From Malacoraja senta (Eukaryota), in contig JAXLNO010000213.1 of NCBI GenBank assembly GCA_038087875.1, positions 310,001 through 374,000 on the forward strand: DNA of 64,000 nt. Direction: 5' to 3'. The position numbers and the translations under genes are program-made. The number at the start of each line of letters is the position of its first letter. The first letter of the stretch is position 1. Below, piece by piece: positions 13,131 through 27,504 of this stretch. The notes under the pieces were generated by a model. It was not told where the DNA came from and ran no database searches. It worked only from the letters and a program-made list of their open reading frames with translations.

Positions 13131-14223
13131 CCGTTTACAAGCTGTATCGCGAAACTAAACAAAGTCGCACTGAAATTACACTTGCGATAAACCCATGTCT
13201 CACAGTGTGCTCGGGGGTGGGGGGCAGATTACGGAGGGAAACCTTCAGTGAACGTAACACAACACGCGGTCATACTGTGCACAGTCCGACTGAGCAAAAG
13301 AGACAGAAATACACCTCAGAATCATGGCCTCCCTCCCATCCTGGACACACTAACGTCTAAATAGTCATAGACTACAAAGAAATAAAATTAAAAAAACATT
13401 GAACATGTCGTAACAAACTCTCCGTCCAGTCATACAAATGGCGACTTGCAATTTCGCCTACATTTGGAGACTCCAACACGCGCCGCTTAGGGAAATCGAA
13501 CCAATAGACAATGGACGATAGACAATAGGTGCAGGAGTAGGCCATTCTGCTCTTCGAGCCACCACCGCCATTCAATGTGATCATAGCTGATCATCCCCAA
13601 TCAGTACCCCATTCTTGCCTTCTCCCCATATCCCCTGACTCCGCTATCTTTAAGAGCCCTATCTAGCTCTCACTTGAAAGTATCCGGAGAACCGGCCTCC
13701 ACCGCCCTCTGAAGCAGAGAATTTCACAGACTCACAACTCTCTGTGAGAACTTCTCCCTCTGGTGGAACTAACTTGAAATCTAAAAACAAATCGAGTGAG
13801 GAACAGGTTGAGTTGAACTGTCCTTTTGTTTCACTGCTGATCCGATAGAGGGCTGATAGACAAGCTCACATCAGTCCATTCCCTCTGACTCCGATTAATT
13901 TCAGACATGTGCTGCTCACCGTGTTACTGGCCGAGTGTCAGAATTCATCCACATCCACCAGAATTATTCCATCAGTACTAGCCCAGTACTAGGTGTGTCA
14001 TTGCATCCCTACTACCTCCTGTGTATGATTCAATCAGCTCTACCCCACAGTGTGTCACTCCATCAGCAGTACCCCACAGTGATACCATTCAACAAAGTAT
14101 CACTCCACGAATACGATACCACAATGTTACTCCATCAGTTACATACAACTGCGTGTCAATCCATCAGTCCTCCCCACAGTACCTTTCTCCCTGTACTATT
14201 CCACAATACCCTACCCTATCAGA

Positions 14224-14252
14224 CTGAAGAAGGGTCTCGACCCGAAACGTCA
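14224..14252 (+). ncRNA. Penelope-type minimal hammerhead ribozyme core
   Basis: CTGAAGA-A-GGGTC-TC-GACCC-GAAAC-GTC gives CUGANGA, a stem II hairpin, GAAA and an NUH triplet. Confidence 0.55.
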
Positions 14253-15099
14253 CTATCCCAACGTTTAAGAAACAGCTATCAAGGTACACGGATAGGACGG
14301 GTTTGGAGGGATGTGGACCAAACGCCAGCAGGTGGGACTCCTGCAGCTGAGACACTTTGATCGGTTTGGGCAAGTTGGGCCGAAGTACCTGTTTCCACGC
14401 TGTGTCACTAGAATTGTCGCTGCTGGTTGAGCCACTGCTCCAAAACGCCAGAGAGCCGAGTTCCATGCTGCAATCGCCTGTTGTATGTGTGTAAGTATGT
14501 ACATTCGCCCTGTGAACACGCGAGTTTCCTCCGAGTGGCAGAAGATCCTGTTTCCAAGCTGTATAGCCAAATTAAACCGAAACACACTGAAATTACACTT
14601 GCGATATGCCATGTCTCACAGTGTGCTCCGGGGGGGGGGGGGGTAGATTACGGAGGGAAACCTTCAGTGAGCGTAACACAACACGCGGTCATACTGTGCA
14701 TAGACCCTCTGAGCAAAAGAGACAGAAATACACCTCAGAATCATGGTCTCTCTCCCATCCTGGACACACTAACGTCTGAATAGTCATAGACTACAAAGAA
14801 AGAAAGTAAAAAACATAGAACATGTCGTAACAAACTCTCCGTCCAGTCATACAAATGGCCACTTGCAATTTCGCCTACATTTGGAGACTCCAACATACGC
14901 GCCGCTTAGGGAAATCGAACCAATAGACTATGGACAATAGACAATAGGTGGAGGAGTAGGCCGTTTGGCCCTTCGAGCCAGCACCGCCATTCAATGCCAT
15001 CATGGCTGATCATCCCCAATCAGTACCCCGTTCCTGCCTTCTCCCCATATCCCCTGACTCCGCTATCTTTAAGAGCCCCATTTAACTCGTCGAAGAGGA

Positions 15100-15629
15100 T
15101 TCGGCATGTCGAAGAGGATTCTCCTAAACCTCTACAGGTGCACGGTAGAGAGCATTCTGAATGGTCGAATCGTGGCCCCGTTCGGCAACTTGAACGTCCA
15201 GGAGCGAAAAAAACGATAAAATGTTGTGACCACAGCCCAATTCATCACCGGCTGAGCTCCCCACCGTCGAAGCGATCTATCGTAGTTGCTGCCTCAAAAA
15301 GGCAGCCAAAATCATCAAGCACCCACACTCATCCTGGCCACACACTCATCTCACCATTGCCATCAGGAAGAAGGTACAGGAGCCTGAAGTCTGTAACGTC
15401 CATGTTCAGGAACAGCTACTTCCCCACAGCCATCAGGCTATTGAACACGACAACGAATAGACTCTGAGCACTGATCTGCAAAGAACTATATTATTATTTG
15501 TTATTTGCACTATATTGTTATTTGTTAAACGTTTTCTTTTTACTCTTCCCCCATTATATACAATGTTTATATATTCACATATTCTGTTGTGCTGCAGTAC
15601 GTAAGAATTTCATTGTCCCGTCCGGGACA
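15100..15629 (+). mobile_element. Rex1/Babar-like LINE 3' end
   Basis: Encodes HPGHTLISPLPSGRRYRSLKSVTSMFRNSYFPTAIRLLN, followed by the 3' UTR hairpin ttgtcccgtccgggaca. Confidence 0.75.
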
Positions 15630-15831
15630 TCTATACTATTACTAAACGTCTCATCGTGACCACTTCCTGTCTACGTTGTAAATTGATTTTAGAAAAAAAC
15701 GCTTCTCTATATCGTTAAGATTTTTACGCTATCTTACGCAGCGTCCTCCTCCGCTCCTGCCACCCAAGGTTCTTTACCAATCGGTGAAATAAAGTAATGA
15801 ATGTTTTAAAAATCGTGAGATCAGCTGATTG
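15630..15831 (+). mobile_element. Helitron 5' end, truncated by the DNA transposon
   Basis: A|TCTATACTATTACTAAA start, colinear with the reverse complement of 7670-7871. Confidence 0.65.
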
Positions 15832-18800
15832 TAGGTATGTTACAATACTTACCTTCTGCGGCGCTGCAGTTCTGCCACTGGCCGTGTGCGCGACTTTGGC
15901 GCCTTTAAGAGGGGGCGGGATTAAAATGCCGTTTTCTCCTGCCTGTCGGAGTAGATCTTTGTCAGGCTGTTTAGCTGCTGCAGAGAAATCGCTCCGACAT
16001 CCGTTCTATCAAGTTTGTAAAAAACATCGCTGGATAATTTAATTGCTGGAGTAAAATAAAAATCGACTTCTAACGCCGTCAACGCCGACAACGGGACGGA
16101 TCTCCCGTACGGGACAGATAAAGGTAAGCCGTTTAGTTTAAATATAAACGTGCTTCTTAGGATTACTTTAATCCAAATGTTACGTTGCGAAAAGGTGATT
16201 TAGGCCCCATACGAACCGGCAGTGTTTTTCATGCCGATATGGGGTTTAAATTAACCGCAAACCGCAACGTTCCAAATGATCGCGTTCCACAAAATCCCAC
16301 TCGCAAGATGATTTAAATGGCCATTAATTTACGGGAATTAAACACTAAATTCCTTCCATTTGGCCTATAAATACATGACAATGAGATTTAAACATCGTTA
16401 TATTGTCAATTCTTGTGTGAATGTTATTTGGACACTTAGGCTATTTTAAAATGTTAACCTTTTCTTAAGAAATGGATAGATGTTTATATCTAGTAATTGA
16501 ATTTAGATGAAACTGATGAATATGAATTTCTTGTTGAGTATTTACTATTTGTTTTAGCGTTTAACTTTAACATTTCTACCTTTTTTTCTAAAACTGCAAA
16601 TAATAACTTGTTTCTGTTAATGCGGTTTAGTGGGTTTTTTTTACATTGTAAACAGATGTCTCCAAAGAAGAAATGCAAAATTGTCAATCCAAAAGCCCAG
16701 ACAGGCATAGCTAGAGTTCAACTTGAAGTGGATTTCTCTGTCATGCCCGAGTCTAAGAGGGATCTTAAAAATGGACACATCTTGTACTTGTATACCTCGT
16801 TTGGAAAAAGTCTGTCTGAAACAGAGAAATCGCTGAGTTCACATTTCCTTTGTCGGATGCAGAAGGCTATTCATTTGGTACTGTTAAGTTAAGAGTGAAT
16901 GCTCTCGTTAACCGGACTTTGCTTAAGTTTAAAAAACTCACCAATCCCAAGGAACTTGGAGCATTTATGGAAATTTGTGATGAAGCTTTTAAACTTCCAG
17001 AAGGCAGTCAACATATTTCTTTTAATGACATTCCACTGTCTGGTGCTCAAGATCCTGAATCCTTGACATCAACTGAAAGCCAAGTGCCCATATTTCAAGA
17101 CACAGAGGACATGGGCGATGACAGTCATGGGCTGCATCCTCCACTGAATCTAGCAACGCCAACGACAGCTGCTGCCTCACCTGGACCAATGTCATCGACA
17201 TCTAGTGTTTCAACAAGATGTAGCAGAGAATTTCTAAGTCTTTCACCAAGGAAACTGAAATGGAAGAAAAGACTAAACTTTCTGTCCGAATCCAGGGCTG
17301 CCCTTTCAACAAAGTATCACACAAAGATCAGTGAACTTAGGGCACGGTTGAAAACTCCCATACGTGTAGTTAAGCAAGCCTTAAAGTGAAAGCAAAACCA
17401 AATAGATTTAACGCACAGAAAGATTCTGGAACTCAAAACCAAATTACGTGGGAATACTTTGGCTCAAGAGCTTGCTGAAACCAAATCAGAGCTTTTGAGA
17501 CTTTAAAAAACACACAGACAATTGCTGATGTTTCGTGGCAGTAAGAAAAAGAGGAAAACTGTTTCAATTCCCCAGCACAGAAAAGTTCATGAAAATTTAA
17601 AGGACAGGGAAGAGGATGTGAGACGCCTCGAATTTGACAATCTTGTCCTCAAAGAAACAATCGAAACTCTGCAGGCTGCCAGTATTGTCAAGGCAAAGGT
17701 GGGCCAGAAAACCTACTCCTCAACAATAAGGATGCATGTGTTTGACTGTATTGTAAACAAAACTCCCACAGCAAACATTCCAATCCTGATAAGCCAGTTC
17801 AACAAGCGGAGTGGACTTCATCTGGATTATGTTCCTCGACGCAGTGCAGTTTTAGTTATGGAATGATAATTGGGAGCTGAGTTGCAAACAGCAGAGATGA
17901 TCCTAGCAACAAAGGGTTTGACTGTGGGTTTTGATGCAACCACCCAGGAAGAGACCCACATTAACAGTGTTCATTTCACCACCACAGACAAATGTCTTTC
18001 TGCAGCAGTCGATGAATTGGCTGGTGGGACTGCTGAGGACTATGCACAACATATTTGCGAAACAATTGACAATTTTTGTAAAACTTACACTTATTTCAAT
18101 GAGCAAGCATATTTTCAAGATACCAGACAAAAGATAATCGACAATATTTCAAACACAATGAGTGACAGGTGTGCAGCTAATCATGCTGCTATTAGGATTG
18201 TGAGTAGTGAGTGGGGTAAATATTTGAACGAACTCTACTGCCACTTGCATCCTCTTGACTCCATTGCTACATCAGTTCGCTCAGCCCTCAAAATGCAGAA
18301 ACAATCCAGAGGACAATTCTTGTTTGGGAAAGACTGTCTAGCAGTAAATCTACTGCAGATGAGCAAACCTCGGTACAAAAACGGAAAAGGCGACCCAAAA
18401 GGATTTGTCGCATTTTTAGATGACAGGAACTTCCCCCGAGGTTTCCTCCCACGGTACCGTGGCAACAGATTGCACATACTGTTTCATATTAGTGGCAAGT
18501 TCATAGAACATTATGACGACTTTGTTGCCCTGCTGAATAGCGGAACATCCTGTCGGGGGTTGAGAAGCACCATCCATCATGACTTCACCCAGGCTGAAGC
18601 AAAAGTGGAACTTCAGATATTAGGCTTACTTGGCAAATATCTGACTGGGCCTTGGATGAAGCGCTTCGACACTTCAGGCCAGAATCAGATCTACCATGTT
18701 GATGGGATCAAAGCGGATAAAGGGGTGATTGCTGCTCTAAAGAAGCCACAGAAAATCGAGACAACTTGATATTGGCAAGGGACGATTTATTCGGTGAGGA

Positions 18801-20059
18801 GGTACATCTTGACGCCACATTGACAAAACTTTGGGAGCTACCAGTACATCCACAGTTCAGTTCAAAGATGACGAGCTGTCTTCAAGCTGTCAACACTGTG
18901 TTGGAGAGGCAGTATAGTAAATACTTTGAACTTGTTGTAACTGAGAAACTGAAGGAGGAGAATGCATCAGCAAGTTCACATAACATTGATGCGGAGGAGA
19001 TAATGGGGATGTTGAGCTCATCGAAACAGAAATCTCCCAATGCCACCATGTGTTATTTGTCATGTAGGATGCGGGCCTGCAAGAATAAAACAGTCTATTA
19101 CCTTGATAATCTCGAGGAGCAGCGTAGGGAGGAGGTGCTCTATAAGGTAGTGACATGGGGGAGAATGCAGAGGAACAGACGGAAGGAAAACAGAAGGAAT
19201 TGAGAGAAGAAACGGGACACGAAAGAAAGGAAAAAACTAGGAAAAAATTGAAAGAGACTGATTTAAACAGCATTCGCAGAGATTATACAAATTTGGACTA
19301 CTCCAAATGTGATGATATACAGGATATACTTAATGGGAAAGTAGTGGGCAGAAAGGCATGTCATGCGTGGTTTGAAGAGCAAAGGATTGTAGTTTACAAT
19401 GCCAAAATCTAAAAGTTGAGGAAAAACAACGTGTACAGAGTTCCTTATTGGTTGCAATCTGAGGAGTACTGATGATGCTGCTGATTTTGATATGCCAAGG
19501 TACCAGCTAGCAACTGATCTTCTCCATAAAGACTTGGTCTATTGCTAGAAATGATAAATTATTTACCTATCTATAACGGACTTACAGCAGATAATACAAT
19601 AATATTAACGTTCTGATCTTGTGAATATCATATTTTTGTATTTTCAAAGCAGTCTGGGTGTTTATTACTATTTCCGTCACAACGGTCAATTTTGTAATTA
19701 GCTACAATTAAACAACTAACTAATTATATGCTTTAATTTCAGGTCATCCAGGTAAGATTGTTTTATATTTGTTTCAGAATGCTTCAATCTATGATAACTG
19801 AAAATTTCATTCAGTTCCCTTAATTTTTAAGAAAGTTATGGGCTTTTGACTGTCCTCGATCACAGCTTTTGTGTTAAGTCAATGGAAAAGCATAGGGAAC
19901 AAGATGCTAATTTCCGAGTATGAAAATGGCCATAACTTTTTTTAATACCGAAGATATGAAAGTGAATTAGGTGCCAAATTAAAAAAAATTTAATGCTTTA
20001 TCTGATGGGATAAATTGCAGACTTGATTTTTAAAATATCAAAATAATGTAACATTGCTA
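15832..20059 (+). mobile_element. TIR DNA transposon, ~4.2 kb
   Basis: Imperfect TIRs TAGGTATGTTACAATACTT ... AAATAATGTAACATTGCTA enclose a transposase pseudogene. No direct-repeat TSD is visible. Confidence 0.75.
16656..19548 (+). pseudogene. Decayed DDE transposase, hAT-related (hATx-like; assignment tentative)
   Basis: Consecutive ORF pieces contain GFDATT (D1), NTMSDRCAANH (D2), ELYCHLH (CxxH), RYRGNRL and HNIDAEEIMG (E). Several frameshifts and stops. The ATG is preceded by an acceptor-like T-tract and AG. Confidence 0.7.
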
Positions 20060-20179
20060 CAAAAGGAGGCTACAGGTTTTTGGTTTTTGAGTAGAGCTAC
20101 CACTTGTGGAAAATGTTGATTTTATGTCTGGCTGCAGCAGCTTTGAAACCCTGCGTGTCACCAGAAAGAGGAATCCAGG

Positions 20180-20899
20180 CGAAACATCTGACAATATACT
20201 TGGTGCTACACTTGAAGAAGCCAAACAAACTAAGTATCATGGCATCAAATTGCAGAATGATCTGCGTTGGAATGGTCAGGCTCATCATGCAACGGTGAAA
20301 GCAACAGGTGTCCTAAATTTTCTGAGGCGCAACTTTCATCATTGTTCAACTTCTGTCAAGGAGAAGCTATACTTCACCCTCGTTAGACCTCATTTGGGCT
20401 ACGCAGTTGCAGCATGGGACCCATACACAAATAAAATCATTTCTTCCATCGAACGTGTCCAAAGACAGGCAGCTCGATTTGTTACTAACACCTATGAGAG
20501 AGAAGCGAGTGTTACCAAACTTCTGAATTCACTGCGGTGGAACCCTCGCCAAGACAGACGTCAAGCTCACCGTTTGCCCTGTTTTTTTACAAAATGTTAA
20601 ATGGTCAGCTCGACATAGATTACAAGACCTACACCAAACTCAAACCAATTAGGAACAGACGAGGGCATTCGATCCAATTTGAGATTCCAGCTACCAAGAC
20701 AGATGTTTACAACAATTCGTTCTTCCCCCGCACAATTAAAGCATGGAATAATCTTCAACCTACCATAGTTACCCAACCAGATACAAATTTAAGGTGGCTC
20801 TTTCTTCCCAAAAGCCCTTTCTGGCTTAAGTCCTCCCTCCACCACCTCCAGTTTAAATTCCATTTGGAATATTTTGGAGGACCAAGAAACCAAGAAACC

Positions 20900-20902
<3 letters not shown>
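20180..20902 (+). mobile_element. Second CR1-group LINE lineage, 3' end, with (accaagaa)n tail
   Basis: Encodes LNFLRRNFHHCSTSVKEKLYFTLVRPHL...WDPY...IERVQRQAARFV...NSFFPRTIKAWNNL. Confidence 0.75.
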
Positions 20903-20957
<55 letters not shown>

Positions 20958-20967
20958 GTTATTATTA

Positions 20968-21029
<62 letters not shown>
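20903..21029. repeat. (TAT)n microsatellite
   Basis: Directly visible. Confidence 0.95.
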
Positions 21030-21293
21030 GGCTTGATGGTAGAAAACGGATCCCCACAGCCAATTTAAACGATGACAGAAGTACAAGATGAGGAGTGATA
21101 CCAGGAAGATAAATTAATGGAGAGTCTGATGCCATTTGGAGTGCAATTCCTTCTTATTTTCGAGTCCATCTTGCTACAATGATTGACGTCGCTGTCATGT
21201 CGGACCTGAACAGGACGCAAGCATCCGGCGACAATCAGTGGCAGCCACCACTTGTTGCAATAGATGATGGTGGTAGCGGGTCCATGCAGCGGT

Positions 21294-22411
<1,118 letters not shown>

Positions 22412-22412
<1 letters not shown>

Positions 22413-23015
22413 TTATTGGCCAAGTATTCACATACAAGGAATTTGCCTTGGTGCTCCGCCCACAAGTAACAACATGACATACAGTGACAGTTACGGATGA
22501 CTCAGAAAACACTAAACCTTAATAGTAATAAAACATTAATAATAAAACACCATTGATCAAGCATGTGAACCAACAAAATACCAGATCAAAGGGAGGCTAC
22601 AGATTTTTGGCTGTTGAGTAGAGCAACTACTCGTGGATTAAAACAGTTTTTATGTCTGTCTGTGGCAACTTTGACAATCCGGAGTCGCCTTCCAGAGGGA
22701 AGTGATTCAAAGAGTTTGTGGCCAGGGTGAGAGGGGTCAGAGATGAACTTGCCCATTCGCTTCCTGGCCCTTGCAGTGTACAGTTCATCAATGGAGGGAA
22801 GATTGCAGCCAATAACCTTCTCTGCTGATCGGACGATTCGCTGCAGCCTCCAGGGGTCGTGCTTGGTGGCTGATCCAAACCAGACCATGATGGAGAAGGT
22901 GAGAATAGACTCTACGATGGCCGTGAAGAATTGGACCATCATTGCCTGTGGCAGATTGTGCTTCCTCAGCTGCCGTAGGAAGTACATCATCTGTTGTGCC
23001 TTTTTGACCGTGGAG
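22412..23015 (-). mobile_element. Rex1/Babar-like LINE 3' end whose (TTAC)n tail is the adjacent array
   Basis: Encodes MYFLRQLRKHNLPQAMMVQF...SDPSHPGHKLFESLPSGRR. The 3' UTR ends in AATAAA running into (CTTA)n. Confidence 0.85.
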
Positions 23016-23174
23016 TCGAAAGATGATGATGGTGGTAGCAGAACTAGCTCGGGATACTTCCAGTTTCCAGCCCCGCGACGTGGACGCTTCTGCTACGGGG
23101 CCAGTGCAATTCCTGAGAGGATGGTGGTCGCAGTGACTGTCACCACATTTAAGAAGTACTGAGACTAATACTTT

Positions 23175-24240
23175 AGGTGAACGGGGAGTCCAGAACCAGG
23201 GGCCACGGACAGTTTAAGAATAAAAGGTAAGCCATTTAGAACGGAGACGAGGAAACACTTTTTCACCCAGAGAGTGGTGAGTCTGTGGAATTCTCTGCCT
23301 CAGTGGGCGGTGGAGGACGGTTCTCTGGATACTTTCAAGAGAGAGCTAGATAGCGCTCTTAAAGATAGAGGAGTCAGGGGACATGGGGAGAAGGCAGGAA
23401 CGGGGTACTGATTGGGGATGATCAGCCATGATCACATTGAATGGTGGTGCCGGATCGAAGGGCCAAATGGTCTACTCCTGCACCTATTGTCTATTGTTTA
23501 TTGCCTATTGGTCAAGGCAGTGAGGCATAGGTAAATGTGAATAGTTTAGAAAGGCAGACGATAAATGTGTGGTCATGTGGGCCGAGTGCTTGTTTCAGTT
23601 TTATATGACTTTAGAATACAATGGTCCGGTAAAATTGTCTTATAAATATCCAATGGAGCGCAATCGCTTGCAGACAGAGAAGCCTGTTGTTTTTCCATCT
23701 TTCCGAAATAAAAGGGGAATATAAACAGAGAAGTAATATTATATGTTCATTCCCATACATTGGCTCGCTGATCAATTCCAGCATTTAGTATTTAACTTTG
23801 GCATAAACCACCCAATGCAGTTGGTTGGTTGTTATGATATAATACATTAACATATGTAACCAGTCATGAGGGGCAATGACATTCCATGAATCTTATTGAA
23901 ACATAAGATTATTAAGTGTTTGCATGCGCTAGAGGCAGGAAACGTGTTCCCGATGTTGGGGGAGTCCAGAACCTGGGGCCGCACTTTAAGAATAAGTGGT
24001 AAGCCATTTAGAACGGAGATGAGGAAACACTTTTCCACGCAGAGAGTTGTAAGTCTGTAAAATTCGCTGCCTCGGAGAGCGGCTGAGGCCGGTTCTCTGG
24101 ATACTTTCAAGAGAGAGCTAATAAGGCTCTTAAAGATACCGGAGTCAGGGGATATGGGGAGAAGGCACGAACGGGGTACTGATTGGGGATGATCAGCCTT
24201 GATCGCATTGAATGACGACTATTGTCTGTTGTCTATTGAT
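23175..24240 (+). mobile_element. Two CR1-type 3' ends (~23175-23510 and ~23890-24240)
   Basis: Both match the CR1 3' end at 4200-4545. Confidence 0.8.
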
Positions 24241-24483
24241 CCTATTGGACCTTGGACAGAAATAAACAATGCTTTATTTTCAGAATAAAATATGGAAAGT
24301 TGCAGTGGGAGATTGGTTTGCATGTACCGGAAGATTCAGTGCTGGTAGTTTAGATACATTTATAATGCAGTCTGGAGACCTGGAGGAATTCAGCGAAATC
24401 ACAGCAACATTAAGTGAAATAACACAGTGCCATGGGTCATTTTTTCATTGGAAATCGTTAATTCTTATTTTCATCGAGGAAGT

Positions 24484-25626
24484 AAGGTCCCACATAGGAG
24501 ATTAGTGGGCAAAATTAGGGCACATGGTATTGGGGGTAGAGTGCTGACATGGATAGAGAAGTGGTTGGCAGACAGGAAACAAGAGTAAGGATTAACGGGT
24601 CCCTTTCAGAATGGCAGGCAGTGACTAGTGGGGTACCGCAAGGCTCAGTGCTGGGACCGCAGCTATTTACAATATACATCAATGATTTGGATGAAGGGAT
24701 TCAAAGTAACATAAGCAAATTTGCAGATGACACAAAGATGGGTGGCAGTGTGAACTGTGAGGAGGATGCTATGAGAATGCAGGGTGACATGGACAGGTTG
24801 GGGAAGTGCGCAGAAGTATGGCACATAGAGTTTAATGTGGATAAATGTGAGTTTATTCACTTTGGTAGCAAAAACAGGAAAGCAGATTACTATCTTCATG
24901 GCGTCGTTGGGAAAAGGGAAGTACAACGGGATCTGGGCGTCCTTGTTCATCAGTCAATGAAAGTAAGCAGGCAGGTACAGCAGGCGGTGAAGAAAGCGAA
25001 TGGGATGTTGGCCTTCATAACAACAAAGAGGACCTTCTGCAGTTGTACAGGGCCCTAGTGAGACCACACCTGAAGTATTGTGTGCAGTTTTGGTCCCCTA
25101 ATTTGAGGAAGGACATTCTTGCTATTGAGGGAGTGCAGCGTAGGTTTACAAGGTTAATTCCCGGGATCGCTGGACTGTCATATGCTGAGAGAATGGAGCG
25201 GCTGGGCTTGTACACACTGGAATTTAGAAGGATGAGAGAGGATCTGAAAGAAACATGTAAGATTGTCAAGGGTTTGGACACGCTAGCGGCAGGAAACATG
25301 TTCCCGATGTTGGGGGAGTCCAGAACCAGCGGACACAATTTAAAAATAATGGGTAAGTCATTTAGAGCGGAGATGAGAAAACACTTTTTCTCATAGAGAG
25401 TTGTGAGTCTGTGGAATTCTCTGCATCAGAGGCAGGTTCTCTGGATGCTTTCAAGAGAGAGCTAGATAGGGCTCTTAAAGATAGCGGAGTCAGGGGATAT
25501 GGGGAGAAGGCAGGAACCGGGTACTGATTGGGGATGATCAGCCATGATCTCATTGACTGGCGGTGCTGGCTCGAAGGGCCGAATGGCCTACTCCTACACC
25601 TATTGTCTATTGTCTGTTGTCTATTG
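24484..25626 (+). mobile_element. CR1-type LINE RT and 3' end
   Basis: Encodes VTSGVPQGSVLGPQLFTIYINDL, KFADDTK and YRALVRPHLKYCVQFWSP; ends in a (ctattgt)n tail. Confidence 0.9.
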
Positions 25627-26264
25627 TCATATGTCCTACACCTTTCCCTCCTATTCCGTCTTATGCTTCATTTGCACGGTTGAATATCTCACCATATCTG
25701 ACTGCGTTACAGTTGCCGTCGTAAATCTGAAGCGGAATAATCAATGCGAGGAAAACACATATTGATGGAGGAAATCCGCGGGTCGGGCTGCACCTGTGCA
25801 GGGAATGGACAGACGGCGTTTTGTGTCGGGACCACGAAGAGGTCTTGGGAAAGGACCTATCAGGAAACAACAAACGCCTGTCTATCCCCACCACAAATGC
25901 TGCCTGACCCACTGAGTTCTGATCTGCTCTCCGCTGCAGGGTGTGAAGCATTTGGAGAGGGCGGTATAGGTTTAGCATATTGATGAAAATACAAAGGCTA
26001 GAAGGCATGGGTTTGACGGAAGAGAGCAAAGTTCAACTGAAATGTGCGGGCCACGATTCTTCACACAGAGGGTGGCAGGTGCGCGTTTAATATTAGTGGT
26101 GCAGGATGTTAGTATCATGGAGTTTATGAGGTGTTCCTATAGGCACGTGTCTATACAAATACCTGAGGGATATGCATCATGTGTAAGCAGGTGACACTAA
26201 TTTAACTTGACATCATGATCGGCCCAGATATTATGGGCCGAAATGCCTTTTCCTGTGCTGTGGT

Positions 26265-27125
26265 GTACTCCACACCCCCCGCCCGGCAATGACACTGTGT
26301 AATCCACATCCCCCCGCCCACCCAGGACACTGTGTAATCCACATCCCCCGCCCTGGACACAGTGTATTCCACATCACCCGCCTTGGACGCTATGTAATCC
26401 ACATCTTCCCCGTCCGCCCAGGACACTGTGTAATCCACATCCCCCGCCCTGGACACTGTGTATCCTCCCCACCCCGCCCGCCCACGACACTGTGTAATCC
26501 ACATCACCCGCTCTGGACACTGTGTATTCCACACCCCCCGCCCTGGACACTGTGTATTCCACATCACCCGCCCTGGACACTGTGTAATCCACATCCCCCG
26601 CCTTGGACACTGTGTAATACACATCCCCCGCCCACGACACTGTGTATTCCACATCACACGCTCTGGACACTGTGTATTCCACATCCCCCGCCCTGGACAC
26701 TGTGTAATCCACATCACCCGCCCTGGACACTGTGTAATCCACAGCCCACGCCCTGGACACTGTGTAATCCACATCCCCCGCCCGCCCACGACATTGTGTA
26801 TTCCACATCCCCCGCTCGCCCACGACACTGTGTATTCCACGTCCCCCACCCGCCCACGACACTGTGTAATCACCATCCCCCGCCCTGGACACTGTGTAAT
26901 CCACATCCCCCGCCCGCGACACTGTGTATTCCACACACCCCGCCCACGACACTGTGTAATCCACATCCCCCGCCCGCGACACTGTGTATTCCACACCCCC
27001 CGCCCAGGACACTGTGTTATCCACACCCACCGCCCAGGACACTGTGTTATACACACCCACCGCCCGTCTAAGGATCCTGTGTGACCCACACCCGCCGACC
27101 CGGGACACAACCCCTATGTAATCCA
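26265..27125. repeat. ~30-bp minisatellite, inverted and longer copy of 425-1030
   Basis: (ggacactgtgtaatccacatcccccgccct)n. Confidence 0.9.
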
Positions 27126-27504
27126 AAAATCTCCGGCCCGGTTCTCAGTCTGGTCCACACTTCGTCGTCCCAGGGCTCTGTTTTATCGACATCCCAGAAC
27201 CCTGAAACATGCATTGACACACCAGAACCCAGGGCCACGTGTAACCTAACAACCCGTCCCGCGATTGAAAACCATGTGCAATCAGTGACACCATCTGTAA
27301 TCCCAGAACACAGAACCCTGACCCGGCGTAATATTCACTGCCACTCTACGGCTTGGACCCAGTGTAATCCACACTCCTGTGCCATGACGCGGGCACTGTT
27401 TAGTTCAGGATATTTTCTTTCAATCCACACACGTCGCCACATCAATCTGTGTAATCTACAACCCCATCCCAGGACCCAGAACACTGTGTGCTCCATAACC
27501 ATTT

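Larger units (their letters stand above)
12836..15078 (+). repeat. Local direct duplication, ~12836-13660 vs ~14253-15078
   Basis: Both copies show the same order (LINE tail, SINE, unique spacer, CR1 tail) with clear base-level similarity. Confidence 0.85.
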
